A stretch of DNA of 54,864 nucleotides, filler included, from Sphacelaria rigidula (GCA_964200075.2; 5 parts of 5 records of this genome joined end to end with filler, not necessarily neighbours in it); one strand, 5' to 3'. Positions 12,327-24,671 are shown, counted from the whole stretch's first letter. Made by a program: numbers and translations. Notes: generated from the sequence alone by a model not told the origin.

Positions 12327-13821
12327 GTACCGCCGGAGTGGCAATCCTCCGCGTTCTCCCAGCACACGGCGTCGTGGGGTTGCGCGCACCTCATGACGCC
12401 GGCGCTGATCGCATGGACGGGGGACAACCCAGACGCGATCTTCACGCTGTCAACTGTTGCAATGGTTATCGCGGCAATGATCGTAGGATTCACGTTCGTC
12501 GACACCCGACCCGAGGGCTTGCGATCTCACCGCATGCGGGACATCGCGGTGGAGTACCTGAAAGAGGGTGCAAGACACCTCGCCGAGGTGGGCAAGAAGA
12601 TGAGCGGCGTAGATCTGGCGGACTATTTCAACAGCGGGCGGGAAAAGGATCCTCCAGCGTCGCCCTTCCACAATCACAATGCCGTTTCTTCCCCCCCACC
12701 TTCGATGGCGACGACGGGAACGCTTACGAGAATGTCTTCCTGCTTCTCTCGAGATAGCAGCGCCAAGAGTATCGCAAGGGAGGATAGCGAAGTGTGCCCG
12801 GAACCTTTGAGCGGCGGCGGGGGTGAGCTGCCGAGGGGCGAGAGTGGTAATAGGGGCGGAGGAGATTTTAAAGGAGCAGCCGACGGGTTGCGTCTTCGTA
12901 GCGTTGCGAGAGGGAGAGGAGGGGGGCGACCGTTATCATCTGGAGGTCGGGGGGTCTCGAATGGACACACTTCGTCATCATCGTTGCCGATCGGGGACAC
13001 GAACCGCACGGGCAGGAAGATATCGGGGGGTGACGGGTCGGCAAGAGAAGAAAGCTGCACGTCCTTGGAAGGCGCGGCGGCAACGATGACGGCAGCGGGA
13101 GGTGGAGATGCTGCGATCGTCGTAGGGGAACGAGTGGGGGGAACGATGGATGAAAATGCCGACGCTAATGGGGAGAAGGGGGGGGGGGAGAAGAAAGAGA
13201 CCGTCGCCGTTAAGCACGGTGTCGACGAGGGCGTTGGTAGACGTGTTCAAGCACATGATGACGGAGCGATTGATTGTGGTGACGTTCGTGCTGAAGGCAA
13301 CACAGCCCGCGCAGGACCTGGCCCCCCTGGTGGCGCTCAAGTTCTCGGGGGGCGCCTCCGTGCTGGCGGGAATCATGAGCTCTCGGTCGCTGTGCCGAGC
13401 GCTGGTTCCCATGACACCTCTGATCCCGTGGCTGGTGCGGCTGGCCGGGGGCTCGTCGAGCCAGGGCGCGACGGCGCGCATGGGCGGAGATCGAGCCGTG
13501 GCCGCGTGCATGTGTGTGTTGATGGCGGGGCTCGTGGCGGCGGTCCCCGCGGTGGGCTCGCTGCAGCACTTGCATCAGTTGATGTTTATAAAGGGGTTGT
13601 GCTCCATCGTGAGGGACTCGACGGCCGCGGCGGTCATGGCGGGCGTGGCCGGCACGTCGAGTGTCGGGGCGTTCTTCGGGTGGCAACACTGCATCAAGGG
13701 TATTCAGGGCACGGTGTCGACATTTCTGACGGGGTGGCTGTCCGGGTATTCGATCTCCATGCCGTACTACGTCGTGGCAATATGCGACTTGTTGTACGCG
13801 TTCACGTACTTGTTCATCTGA
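12327..13821 (+). CDS. MFS transporter (TetA/DHA1-like), C-terminal exon (TM5-TM12), apparent frameshift in a G11 run
   Basis: Phase-0 acceptor aaacag|G at 12326/12327; VPPEWQSSAFSQHTASWGCAHLMTPALIAW...IFTLSTVAMVIAAMIVGFTF, long low-complexity loop, then +1 frame (ORF 13150-13821) with further hydrophobic helices incl. GAFFGWQHCIKGIQGTVSTFLTGWLSG and PYYVVAICDLLYAF. Confidence 0.8.
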
Positions 13822-14435
13822 TTGTTGGAGATTGTGAGAAGGAGACGGATCCCGGGATTATACTCACACATTGTCTGTCCTACACATTTCGCGGTGTTTT
13901 GTATCTCCTCCACGCTTTATGTAAAAGGGCGATGAACCCTCGACACATATCGTGGGAGCCGTCCCCTTCTATACGGTAGTATCAATATCACTCCCTTCCC
14001 TTCAAGAGCCTCCTCCGTGCGGTTCTGGACGAGAAGAGGTTTGTAGAGGAAGGTTTTTTGTCTGCCAGGCGGGAGTATATTTTTGCCCCCCTTTTGCACA
14101 TGTATGTTGCGTGTGTTGGCTCCCCAAGTATGCTATCCCCCGAGAACACTTGTAACGAGTTTGTGGATTCTGCTTGCTGGTCGCCCACCACTCTTTCTTA
14201 GGGTTCTTGTTAACCCTTAAAACCGCTGTACCCCCGCAAGTGCACTGAGATGGAGTATGTCACACGTGGGGTTCAGAGCAGCTCTGTTCTCACCGCACAA
14301 AACACGTTTTTTCAGAATCATGTGGATGCTGACTATACAAGGAACAGTCCCGGAGAACCCCTGGCCGGTTTTGACCGTGCAGTCAATAGCGTAGAGAGTC
14401 AGTGTGTGCACGGTATGTCTCCGCCGGATACAACG

Positions 14436-14861
14436 CAGTAGAGTTTGCCGGCGTTGGGCTACAAATATTTATCGTTGATATTACTTGATTTGAGTGTGTA
14501 CAACGAGGATCGGGGCTTTAGTAGGGCTGACAGTCCCGTGTGCTCCTCGCGTGCGCAGAACGCGTTTTCGTTGAAATCGGGGCCACAGGCGCCGATTTGG
14601 GGTCTACCAAGGCCGCACCTTTCCTAGGGAATGTATGTACCGCCCTTGCCCGTGGGTTCTCGGTATGCGTTGGGTTGGGTTTAAGGGTTGGGGTAGCGAT
14701 ACTTGTAAAATTATGTCCGATTTCAACGAAAACGCGTTTTGCGCACGCGAGGAGCACACGGGACTGTCAGCTCTTCTACAACTCGGCTTCTCGTTGTAAA
14801 CACTCAAATCAAGTAATATAAACCATGAACGTTTGTAGCCCAACACCGGTAAACTCGACTG
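14436..14861. mobile_element. Foldback MITE, 426 bp, ~145-bp TIRs, telomere-like core
   Basis: 14436-14580 (cagtagagtttgccggcgttgggctacaaa...gttgaaatcgg) is the reverse complement of 14717-14861; core ttgggttgggtttaagggttggggtag; no clear TSD. Confidence 0.9.
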
Positions 14862-15305
14862 GGTAAACTACCCGAACATGATTAAAAATTTTAACGCTCC
14901 TTGGGGAGGGAGGGACACTCCTTGCTTGCGCCTGGATTATTGGTAATGAACGAGTAGTGGTCCAGAATTTTCCAGCTAACAACGGAGCCCCTGATAATGA
15001 AGTCAATCAATGCACACCATTCGTTGGAAGTTGGGAAAACTCGGAATCCACTCTAGGCTGTTTGGGCTTGGGACGATACGTTCTGCATAATATATTAGTA
15101 TTTTTGTTCATTTTTATGAATCATAAATTACTGTTTGTTGGGATACGGTTTTATTTTTGGTTGGGGTTGGATTATTATTTTTTTATTGGATGGTTATTTT
15201 TTGGAAAAGAGGGAACACAATCATTAGCAGTTGGTTGGTTGGTTGGTTAGTGAATTTTATTTATTGGACAAAGGGAAGACAATATATGACGATGTGTATA
15301 CTGTA

Positions 15306-15825
15306 CGAGCTGGGCCATCAGTAGATCTCGCATTTGCTCTTCATATCACTGTGGGGACCACTGCATAGAAGCGAGAAATTTCCACAGTGTTGGGCGAGGA
15401 ATAGTCTTTTCACCATGATATTATAGCTCGTGCGCTTCACGAACAACAGAAGAAGATCTCGAGTTCAAATCCCGGATCCCACCAAAATGATGGGTGCCAA
15501 AAAAGTTGGTGATACTCTCTGAAGTAAAATTCAAACCTCACGGTAAATCTCCTGCGGCGAATGATTTTTGGGCGGGTGTCCCAGCACACTTTGAGAATAT
15601 GTGAATGAAAAGGCAAATGCCCAATAACCGCTAGCGGGTATAACAGGGAGGCGTACAAGTAGTAGCTCTAACTTTCTGTTCTTTTTCTCCGCACCTTCTT
15701 TGATGATGTTGCGCGTGTTAATGATAAAAATATCGTATCAAAATTTCAGCGCATAAAAAACTCTTCGAATTACAAATCGTCTGGCCCGGAAACGTTCCAA
15801 AATCATTGTCAGCTGGCCCAGCTCG
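15306..15825. mobile_element. Tc1/mariner-type non-autonomous element
   Basis: TIR cgagctgggcca / tggcccagctcg; TA on left, TC on right; same termini as 23372-24238. Confidence 0.7.
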
Positions 15826-16488
15826 TCGTACAAAAGAGTTTATCGTGGTGTCATCCTATAGTTGGTACGTTTTGTAGCCGTGGCTCGAACGACCAACGGG
15901 ACCGTACATGTTGAAAATATCGAAAATCCAACACATGCGGCGGTCACAATTTGCTTCATGTGAGAACTCCCAAGTTATTGATTCAAATACAAGAGACATC
16001 GTACTCCTCTTCATATCCTATATATAGTAGCAGTAGTCCCACGAGCTACTAGAGGGAACCCGCCTGCGTTCATTTTTCAATCTGCGCAGGCTGGGAAGAA
16101 ACCCCTGCCCACTGCCCACCACGTATCTACCGTGTGAGCCTGCTCCAATACCCCAATCTCTCATGCCCTGGGGAATCAGCACAACTGTATAGGCATCATC
16201 TGCTGTAGCTTTACTTCCGCCGAGACGGAGGCTGGGAGAGCGGTGCACTCACCTGTCCCTCGTGTTTCTTCTTTGGTACTCTATTTTACTATATAAGTGT
16301 ACAGTACTGTTGCTACTGCTGTACCGTAACACTTGGTGTTGTGCGGTGTCGTGAACTCTGTTTCCAGATACAAAGGCTATTTGTTGTACATAAGGCAGCA
16401 ACGGCGAGGACAGTCGAGTTTTCGTTACAGAGTGGGACAGGGGACGCAATTCTAAAGTAAAGCCGTAAGCACTGCTGTTCCCACTTAC

Positions 16489-17253
16489 ATGGCGAGAGAA
16501 CCGGCACCGTTGCACAGGGCGACTGCAGTTGTCATGACACATCAAAGCAAGAGCCTACGGAGACGGCTCGCGGGGTGGGCAGGGATTGAGGACAGACCTC
16601 CCCTGGGGCAAGAGTCTTGGTGGTTTCCGGATGACCGAAGACCATCGGGGCACCTTCCAAGTCGAGGTTCGGAATCAGACGTTGGGTCGACCCTGAGTAG
16701 ATGCAATTCGGATTCGACGCACGGAGTAGGAGGTGGGGGCAATGGGGGAGAAGATTTCAATTCTAGCAGGCATGAGCATGGGCAGGAACAGCGGTCGTCG
16801 TTACGGGAGCACAGGCGGAGCCGGAAGCGAGATTGGTTCAAGGTGCTTCTCGCAGCTCGCAATCTGGCTACCGTTGTGTATGCGGTGAGTTATACGACGA
16901 GCCTGCCGGTTCTACCTTTTATGGTAAATCGCGTAATAAACCCGCAGGAGTCTACCGGGCCGGGAGACCCGGGGTCAGAGGGAGTGCGAGAAGCATGGAG
17001 GGGAATGGCGTACGGCCTTGTCATGTCGGGGTATCATCTCACAAAGATGATATCTGCGCCGTGGATTGGGTACTTGAGCGATCGGGTCGGGCGGCGGCAG
17101 GCGCTGGTTGCGACACTGTTGGGAGGAGCCTTGTCTTTTTTTGTGACAAAGATTTGGGGGCAGTTCAGCATACAAGGGCTGATTTTGTGCCGGCTATTGA
17201 TGGGATGCTTTGCGGCGAACGGTGCGCTCATGCACGCGTACATCAGAGATACG
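16489..17253 (+). CDS. MFS transporter (TetA/DHA1-like), N-terminal exon (TM1-TM4)
   Basis: LPVLPF in TM1, MFS motif A GYLSDRVGRR, RLLMG in TM4, ends AYIRDT at phase-0 donor ACG|gtgaga (17253/17254); start codon uncertain. Confidence 0.85.
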
Positions 17254-20200
17254 GTGAGAGCTAGCTCGTGTTTTATGTTGTAGCTTTCGTTTTTCTGTTT
17301 CTGTTGTTGCAGTAATGGTTTTTTTTGCCGGAACATGTTGTCATTTTGTGTGTGTTCCGCTCATTTTTTTAAACATCAAGCTTGATGTAGACGACGCCCA
17401 CGTGGGTGTGTGTTGTGTGTGCCTCTTGACCGCTGGTGCTGTTGATGATACTGCTGCAACAGCAAAGCGTGTTGCGCTGGGCCCCCTCCTAGTCGACAAG
17501 CAAGGCAGTGATGATACCCTACGGCATCGCCGTGTTTTAACCCACGCTGGTAGAATTTGCTGCGTGCTTGTTCGACACTTTCCCAACCCACTTGATTCGA
17601 TCCAGCGCTCAGCATTTGCTCTCCTACGGGAACAAACTGGTCGTAATACTTGATACTGCACTTTGCACCCTGCTGTATCAGAGGTGTCCATAGAACAATA
17701 GAGACGGGATACAGACAACAGTATTACGGTACACTATTGTAGCCGTAGTTTACTGTTGTCCTTGTGGCAAGCAAACAGCCAGGCTGCAGTACGAGAGAGA
17801 TTATTTGCAGATTTTCGTCTAGGCGCTTTCGAGAAGTACGGTGTCACCCCCCCCTTTTTTTCCGCCAACCTGGATCATGTGACGCATGGGGGGCGAGGTG
17901 TCGAAGGGATGGACCAATGAGGACACGTCGTTCCCTTTCCGAAAGATGCATAAACATCTCAAATCCGCTCCGCTGCAAGACCGCAGCAACGGTAGTAATT
18001 TGGCGGTTTCTTGTCCAAAGCTCTAAACGTACAAACACTACTGTATCATGAGAGTCCTTCCGTCACAGCACTACAGTAGTGTGATCTCCGGACGTGCAGC
18101 TGAGTCCCCACCTTTTACCTTACACCACCGCCTTGCTTCCTACACCACCTCTACACCTGAAGTCCTGACAAGTACCCGTCAGAGTTACCGTAATTAGCTA
18201 CAGTAGTGCAGCCTAGCCTATGTGTCGGTTGACTCTGTTCTCGTTTCTTCTCCAAGTTGCGTTTTCTCAATTTTTCTCGAGTTCCCTTCAAACTGAGTAT
18301 TTCCGCTTGCCTGTTGCTGCGGCAGGGGTACGAGTACTGAGATTCGAATTTGTTAAGAGCCTCTATCTCATCCAAGAAAAGGCTCATGAAATACGTGAGG
18401 GCACGCCACGATTACCATTCCAATGGGCTACGTCGGGATATCCCGAATTAATTTGAAAATGGGGATGTGCTGACTCGCGTTCATGTGTAGCTCCTAACTT
18501 CAAGAGCCCCTGAACGTGAAAAATCTAAAAATCTGAGCTCACAAATGTTCCAACCCTTACCGTAGCATGACTCGTTTACTTACCTTGCGCATGTCTGGCT
18601 AACGACCACGGCTGGATTCGTCTGGGGGTTAGTTTATTTACCACAATCAATCAATCGAGACGATGAATACGTACACATACCACGAGGCGGCACCGTAAAA
18701 TCATCGGCACTACTGCTACTTTTTTTTTTTTTTTTTCTTGAAGGAAGTAGAAAACCTGACCCAACACTTACCCCGCTTGAAAATAGACGGTTTCGCGGCA
18801 GTCCCTGTGTATTCGAATGGTCGTACAAATGTGTTGAGAACACGTGTCAACTTCGCGCAGTGCATGCTCCGCCCTACTCTCAAGAGCTTTGGTCCTTCAA
18901 AAGGTACTACAGTCAGTCGTGATCGACAAAACAAGAAGGGTTAAGGCTGCAGCGCGCCGTGCTTGCCGCCGTTAACCGTGCGCCATGATTCGTGAGCCGA
19001 GGCAGCACGTGAAATGATAGCCGCTGCGTAGATTTGTAAAGGGCGATTTCATGAAGTACGGGGATATCCCCCGCCATTTTCTTCTCCCGCCTCTTTTGCA
19101 CCCTGTGACGCGTCGGCAGGGGGGACGTGTGGGGGAGTCGTCGAAGGGATGATAGATCAATGAGTACACGTTATCCCGCTCCCGGAAGAACTTCTCCGAA
19201 ATACGCGAGGGGCCGCCAACACACCTTTTTCAGCGTTCTTTCTGTAAACAACTTTTGGGCGTTTTTTTTTTTGCGTCAGAGATGATGGTCACATTTCGTA
19301 AATCATTTTTGAATAGGGATTGATTGCCCCCACAACAACCGGTTTCGAGTCTTGCTGAGAACCAGTTTTGTCCAGATCGAAACCCAGATATGCACACCGG
19401 TTCAGAAATGCGGCGGTTCTGAAAGTGTTCGTTGATCCAACATCTCTGTACCGCTACAAACAATACGCAACAAGGCGACGCCAACCTACATACCGAGGCT
19501 CGTAAAAACACGCACGGACACCCACCACTCGCGCGCATTAGCTCTAAAAAGCGCTAGCTCTTGGTCACCTACAGACGGTAGTCTCTGCTTGACGTAAATC
19601 CGTCCAGTAGGAGATGAAAGATGACTGCGTGCGTGTCAAATTACAATCGAAAATGTGTCGCTGCTGAACGTATGTGTGCGTGTGCTGTTCGCGCGGTTTA
19701 GGCTTTTGCTAAAATTTTGCGCATAACCTCTTGTGTTTTTCTTTGAAACATATGTTTCTGGAGATTTCAGCATAACGAAGATGTGAGGGCTAAGTTTTAC
19801 GCATAACTTGGCGCATATAGCACTCCAACGAGATTATGCACCCCATGCCCAGTAGCTAGTACCTGCCCACGGGTTCTCCATGTGGCGTGGCTCGTCGAGT
19901 CATGGCGTTTGTGTCCGTAATTTGTTTTTTTGAAGTTTGTTGCGGGTCTCATACCGGTTATTATTGTGCTGTATGCAAACTACGTTATGTTCATGTGAAA
20001 CTGATGGAAAAACAAGTGTGTCGTATTTCACATCAGACGCACGCTTTTGCTTTTTTTGCGTTTTTTTTGTCCATGCTGGAGGGTACATTCCATGAGGGGT
20101 GCCGTCCGAAACCGCCTCAAGAAGAACGCGAAAAATGCGCCGAAGTAGCGCATATTTCACCAGAATATGCATAAATGACGCATATCTTTACCTTCGAGCA

Positions 20201-20508
20201 GTAAAAACAATGAAATGGAAAGCATGTTGAAAAAAAAAGCGCATAGGAAGTAAAAGCCCAGCGCGGTTCACACAAATCATTGTTTCTTCTGGGGACCTGG
20301 GAGGTTTTTAGCCTGGCCAGGTGGTGTATGCTTCTTTGCTTTGTACTCTCCTTCATTTTTGATTTGTTATCGAGTTTCACCGATTGCGTCAGCTGAAACC
20401 ACGGTTGGGTTTGTAGCCTACACGACGTATGTTACAGCGCATGCCTTGATGCACGGCATTCAATCAAATAAACTCATCGATGTGAGCTGGGCCAGCCTAA
20501 AAACGCTG

Positions 20509-20794
20509 CAGTAGACCTGAGGAAATGTACGTCAACAATGATTGGTACTCGATTTTGCTTGATTTCAGACTCAAGAAAGTTATGAGAAAATTCATGGTCT
20601 GGGGCAGGTGAGCAGTGGTGAGCAGTAGACCCAGCTCGTGCAGAACGTGTTTTGGTCCAAAATCGGCTGAAAGGCGTCGATTCGAGCTCTGGTAACGCAC
20701 ACTTTGGTCGGGGTTAGGGTTAACGTTAGCGTTAGGGTTGGCGGCATCTCCATAGTACCAACCATTGTTCACGTACATTTCCTCAGGTCGCCTT
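20509..20794. mobile_element. hAT-type MITE (286 bp) with telomere-like core, nested in a mariner-type left end
   Basis: TIRs cagtagacctgaggaaatgtacgtcaacaatgattggtact / agtaccaaccattgttcacgtacatttcctcaggtcgcctt; perfect 8-bp TSD aaacgctg (20501-20508, 20795-20802); core ggggttagggttaacgttagcgttagggttgg. Confidence 0.85.
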
Positions 20795-20893
20795 AAACGC
20801 TGTGCAGACAGCAGGGCTGCATACTGGTCCAGCAGCCAGCCAGATTACTGGATCCTGCCAGTACCTTGGGTCCATGGCCAAACGTCACCGGAG

Positions 20894-21140
20894 CACTAGA
20901 GTTCACTACTTGATAACTGGGGAACTTTCCCGGAATTTTGTTACATGATTTGAGTGTGACCACCAATATTCGAATTTTTGGTGGGGCTGACAGTCCCAAG
21001 TGGTACTAACGTACGCAGAACGCGTTTTTGTCTAAACCGGCACTACCAACGCCACGCCTTTTCTGGGAAACACTGCCCCCCCCCCCCCTCCGCTCGAGGC
21101 TTCTCGGTATGCCTTGGGTTAGGGTAAGGGGTAGGGCCCT
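20894..21140. mobile_element. One-armed relative of the 14436-14861 MITE
   Basis: Shares in order tgatttgagtgtg, gggctgacagtccc, cgcagaacgcgtttt, ttctcggtatgc and core ttgggttagggtaaggggtag; second arm not seen. Confidence 0.65.
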
Positions 21141-21888
21141 TCTTATCGAAGGATATTTTTCCCTTTTTCGCAGTCCCCTTTTTGAAAAACGACCGCTGAT
21201 TGATCGCTGCGGCACCATTCTCCCAAAACCGTGTCCAGAGGTCCCCTCTCGGGGGGGGGGGGGAATTCAGGAAGTTAAAGAAACACTTCCTGAAATATAT
21301 ATTCTTTTATTTTCCGACACCTCGATGTAGGCTTCGGTTCCGTATGCGCGTTTTTTTCTTGAAATTGAGCTTTTTATTTTTTCACCAGTTTTTAGCTTTT
21401 CAAAGTCCCATTTTAAGCTGTTGTAGCGCAATTTTGACGCGCTTCATGCGCCTTATTCTTGTCCTTGTTGTGGCGTTGTGGCAGTATCCCCTCGTGAGGC
21501 GTGCCTTCTAGCATGAAGACAAGACAAGTTGGGCATTCGAAGTTTTGATGCTTCTTTTAGTTGAGAAATGCTTTGTTTTTTTGCGTTTTTTTTGTAGCTT
21601 CGCGCGACAAAGGCTTTGAAGTCCGCACCTCAATCACCTCAACCTCTTTCGGCTGACACCTGTACTGTGGACTCCTCCACCGCTGCCATCACTTTTTATC
21701 ATTTCTCACTGCGGCTGCTGTTGTACTATAGCTGTACGCTGTACTCTGTATAAATGTACAAGTCTCGAGCAGGTTTTTGAAAACAACACAGTACGACGTA
21801 TATAGGGCATATAGAGAAATATTTCAAGGGTCGGACAAATAATGATTCGTCTGGAAACTACTTGGTTCTAGTATGATGAGTCGACTCG

Positions 21889-21988
21889 NNNNNNNNNNNN
21901 NNNNNNNNNNNNNNNNNNNNNNNNNNNNNNNNTTAATTAATTAANNNNNNNNNNNNNNNNNNNNNNNNNNNNNNNNNNNNNNNNNNNN
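21889..21988. other. Artificial contig spacer
   Basis: N44-TTAATTAATTAA-N44. Confidence 0.98.
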
Positions 21989-22874
21989 GAAAGCACTGTT
22001 TTAGGCTTGAGCCTCATCTCGAAGTTAAACCTCAATTCGCACAATTTGTTGTTAGCAGGAGATTGTTCTTCATCATTTCGTTTTACTTTGGCACTTGACG
22101 TTCCTTTGACAGCGGTGCTTGCCTCACCTTTCATCGCGAGAAGGGTTCGGCGGTCCCTTTCCCTCGTCGACCGTGAAGTAGAACGTGTGTTGACATCGTC
22201 GCTCTCCTCTGTCAGACGTTATGTGAGAAAAAATCCCCGACAGTTTTTCCCGTGAATGAGGACCTAAGCGATCAGAAATCCGTGGGCAAAAAATAAAAAA
22301 TAAACGCGGGGATATATATTTATACAAACATCATATATATATATATATATATGTTGAAGATGTCATAGACTGGTCGGACCTGTGCCGACCAGAACACACG
22401 CTCCATCCCGAGCTACTTAGGTTTAGTATGCGACAGCTATAATCTTTTCATCGCGTCTTTCTCGAGACGGGAAGCAAACCGGCCTGTGGCCCTTCGCAGC
22501 CCTCCGCACACACACGAGACCTAGTCAGCGTAGCGGCGGATTTGCTCAATTTGCCACAGCGGATCCGAAAAGCCCCAGAGCGTTATAGGGAACGCGCTTT
22601 TGAGCACATTTTGGCGGTTCGGTGCAGAGATCTGCAAAGTGCTGCCGCCTCTGCGGCACGCGTTACGGAAATAGCCCGCCGCCACACTGACTAGTTTTGG
22701 TGTGTGGGGAGCGCACGAATCAATCCGCAGCCCTGTCCTCGGCTTCGTTGCCGAGAAAACTGCGGTGAAAGATTCACACAACAACACGAGCAGCAGTTTC
22801 TGTCCTCCTGGTGTTGTAACCCTGTGAACAGGTGAACAGCAACGTCAGTCACAGGTTTGTTGTAGATTTCACTA

Positions 22875-23134
22875 TTACAGTAGTACATTTTGTATGAGCG
22901 TGGTCATCGTTTCGAGGTAACGCGTGCACTTGTGATCGATACTGACTGGCTTTCGTAGGTTTCATTTCTTCGGGGTACAACTGACTGAAGAGATGGTCGG
23001 TCTATTTTCCCAATATAAAGTGCCCAAAATCGGACCCCAGTCGCGGGCATACTAGTGTGACTGCACCGAGATTCGAACCGACGTCCCAACCGTCATGAGG
23101 TTTTGAGGTCATCAACTGAGCCACCGGGGCGATC
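22875..23134 (-). mobile_element. tRNA-derived SINE
   Basis: Minus strand gatcgccccggTGGCTCAGTTGAtg (A box) ... GGTTCGAATC (B box), followed by non-tRNA body; related head at 45914-45977; 3' boundary approximate. Confidence 0.7.
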
Positions 23135-23371
23135 GATATTGACTAGCAAAAAGTCATATTTTCGGCTGTTTGTTAAACGACAGTCGACGCGGTGCGGTAG
23201 AGTGAGAGCTGGTCATCATCCGATCTGCGACACCAATATGCACGGCGTGTACGGGGTAAAAATAGGCTGATCCCTAGAGACCCTAGAGAGAAAAGGGGGG
23301 GGGGGGGGGTTGGAAGTGCGGCAAAGAAAAGTGTTTTCATCATAGGCTTCAGACTAAAACAATTACACCTA

Positions 23372-24238
23372 CGAGCTGGGCCAGCCTAAAAACGGATTTA
23401 AGCTCTAAAAAAAGCAATTTCTCTTCGACGCAGACGACTTGGGCCGTGATCCGCATATCGTATCAATCGTCTAATCAAGGGGAAGGTGCCCATCTGCTCA
23501 AAAGTTTGGGCCCATATTTTCTCGTCATTTATCCCCATGTCTAGTAATTCCTATACCTAAGGGAGATAGCGTCAATACCCTGCCAATACTAAAATCTCTA
23601 TGAAACTCCCGATCGATGCATTTAGCGAATGGCGATGAATTTTGGTGTGGAAAACCACAAAAGAGTGCCGATTAAAAAAAATAAAAAGCCTTCATTTTTT
23701 TTTTCAATAGAGGTTAGAGCGTTTTTGTGAAAAAATGGTCTTCACCATAGTAGAACGCCTTAAACCAGTCAAAAAAATTGAAAAAAATCAACCTGGCCCA
23801 TTCTTTCTTGTTGAATATGCCTTAGAGAGCGCCCATACCAAATTTCATTACACGAAAACCAAACGTGGGCCGGTGAGTGGCCTGTGAAATACTATTTCGA
23901 ATTTCTACCGATCCGGCTTTTGATAGGCCCATGCTCTTTTATACATTTAGAGTTGGACCCTGAAATTTGGTATGAACAGTGCATATGGCATGAAAAAAAG
24001 AATACTGAAGTACCAAAAGTGTTTTTTTTTCTCCATGAGTTAAGGGCAATAAGCGGTTTTCAGGTATCAGTAGAATGCCCCTAACCCATGAAAAAAAATA
24101 AAAACACTTTGGGTACTTCAGTAATTTTTTTTTTATGCCCTATGCACTGTCCGTGCCAAATTTCAGGGTCCAACTCTAAATGTATAAAAGAGCATGGGCC
24201 TGCAAACTTCAAATCCACCTCTAGGCTGGCCCAGCTCG
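23372..24238. mobile_element. Tc1/mariner-type non-autonomous element (867 bp)
   Basis: Perfect 17-bp TIR cgagctgggccagccta / taggctggcccagctcg with TA on both sides; no transposase ORF. Confidence 0.85.
23925..24201. repeat. ~117-bp inverted repeat inside the mariner-type element
   Basis: 23925-24042 vs 24082-24201; opposite-strand ORFs share GPCSFIHLELDPEIW. Confidence 0.9.
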
Positions 24239-24671
24239 TACCACCTTCGTCATGTTTCCCAACGACGGTCCTGTTTTTGTACAAATTATCACGCAATTAA
24301 TTGGAGAAATACACGCCACAAACACTGCTTTCGCTCAAAATTCTCCAGGCATATCAATTGGGGATGTGTGTCGCTCATAACGCCGAGTACAGACCCACTA
24401 AATACAAGAGGCTTTGATGGACAAGCTAGCACAACAGATTTGGGGCTGATACCCTTCGTCTCCATATACTTCAAGATAAAACAAGCCTGCTTTAACTATT
24501 CCACCACCGTCACAAGCCGTGGGCAACTCCCGCCGTCCTCATCTCCGCGGAAGCGACAAAGCCTGCTCGCACACCGTGAGGGCCGAAAGGTGGCTAATGA
24601 AATCAGAGACAATAGCATACGCTCTCTCCGTGTTCACCTCCCTCGGAAAAGCCGGAGCCTACGCTCACCGA

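Noticed and set aside
13190-13979. C-terminal half of the 528-aa ORF as real protein
   Set aside because: After the G11 run the MFS helices are in the +1 frame; this frame is shadow translation
15418-15484. tRNA gene (gttcaaatccc...cca); also B-box-like ggttcgattcc at ~35745
   Set aside because: No acceptor, D or anticodon stems can be formed
14210-18944. piggyBac element (ttaaccctt...aagggttaa) carrying the MFS first exon
   Set aside because: Only 5 bp match beyond TTAA; no real TIR
20710-20740. True telomere or chromosome end
   Set aside because: Short, degenerate and enclosed by TIRs
23060-23134. Functional tRNA gene
   Set aside because: A/B boxes present but no cloverleaf, and it continues into a repeat body; called a SINE
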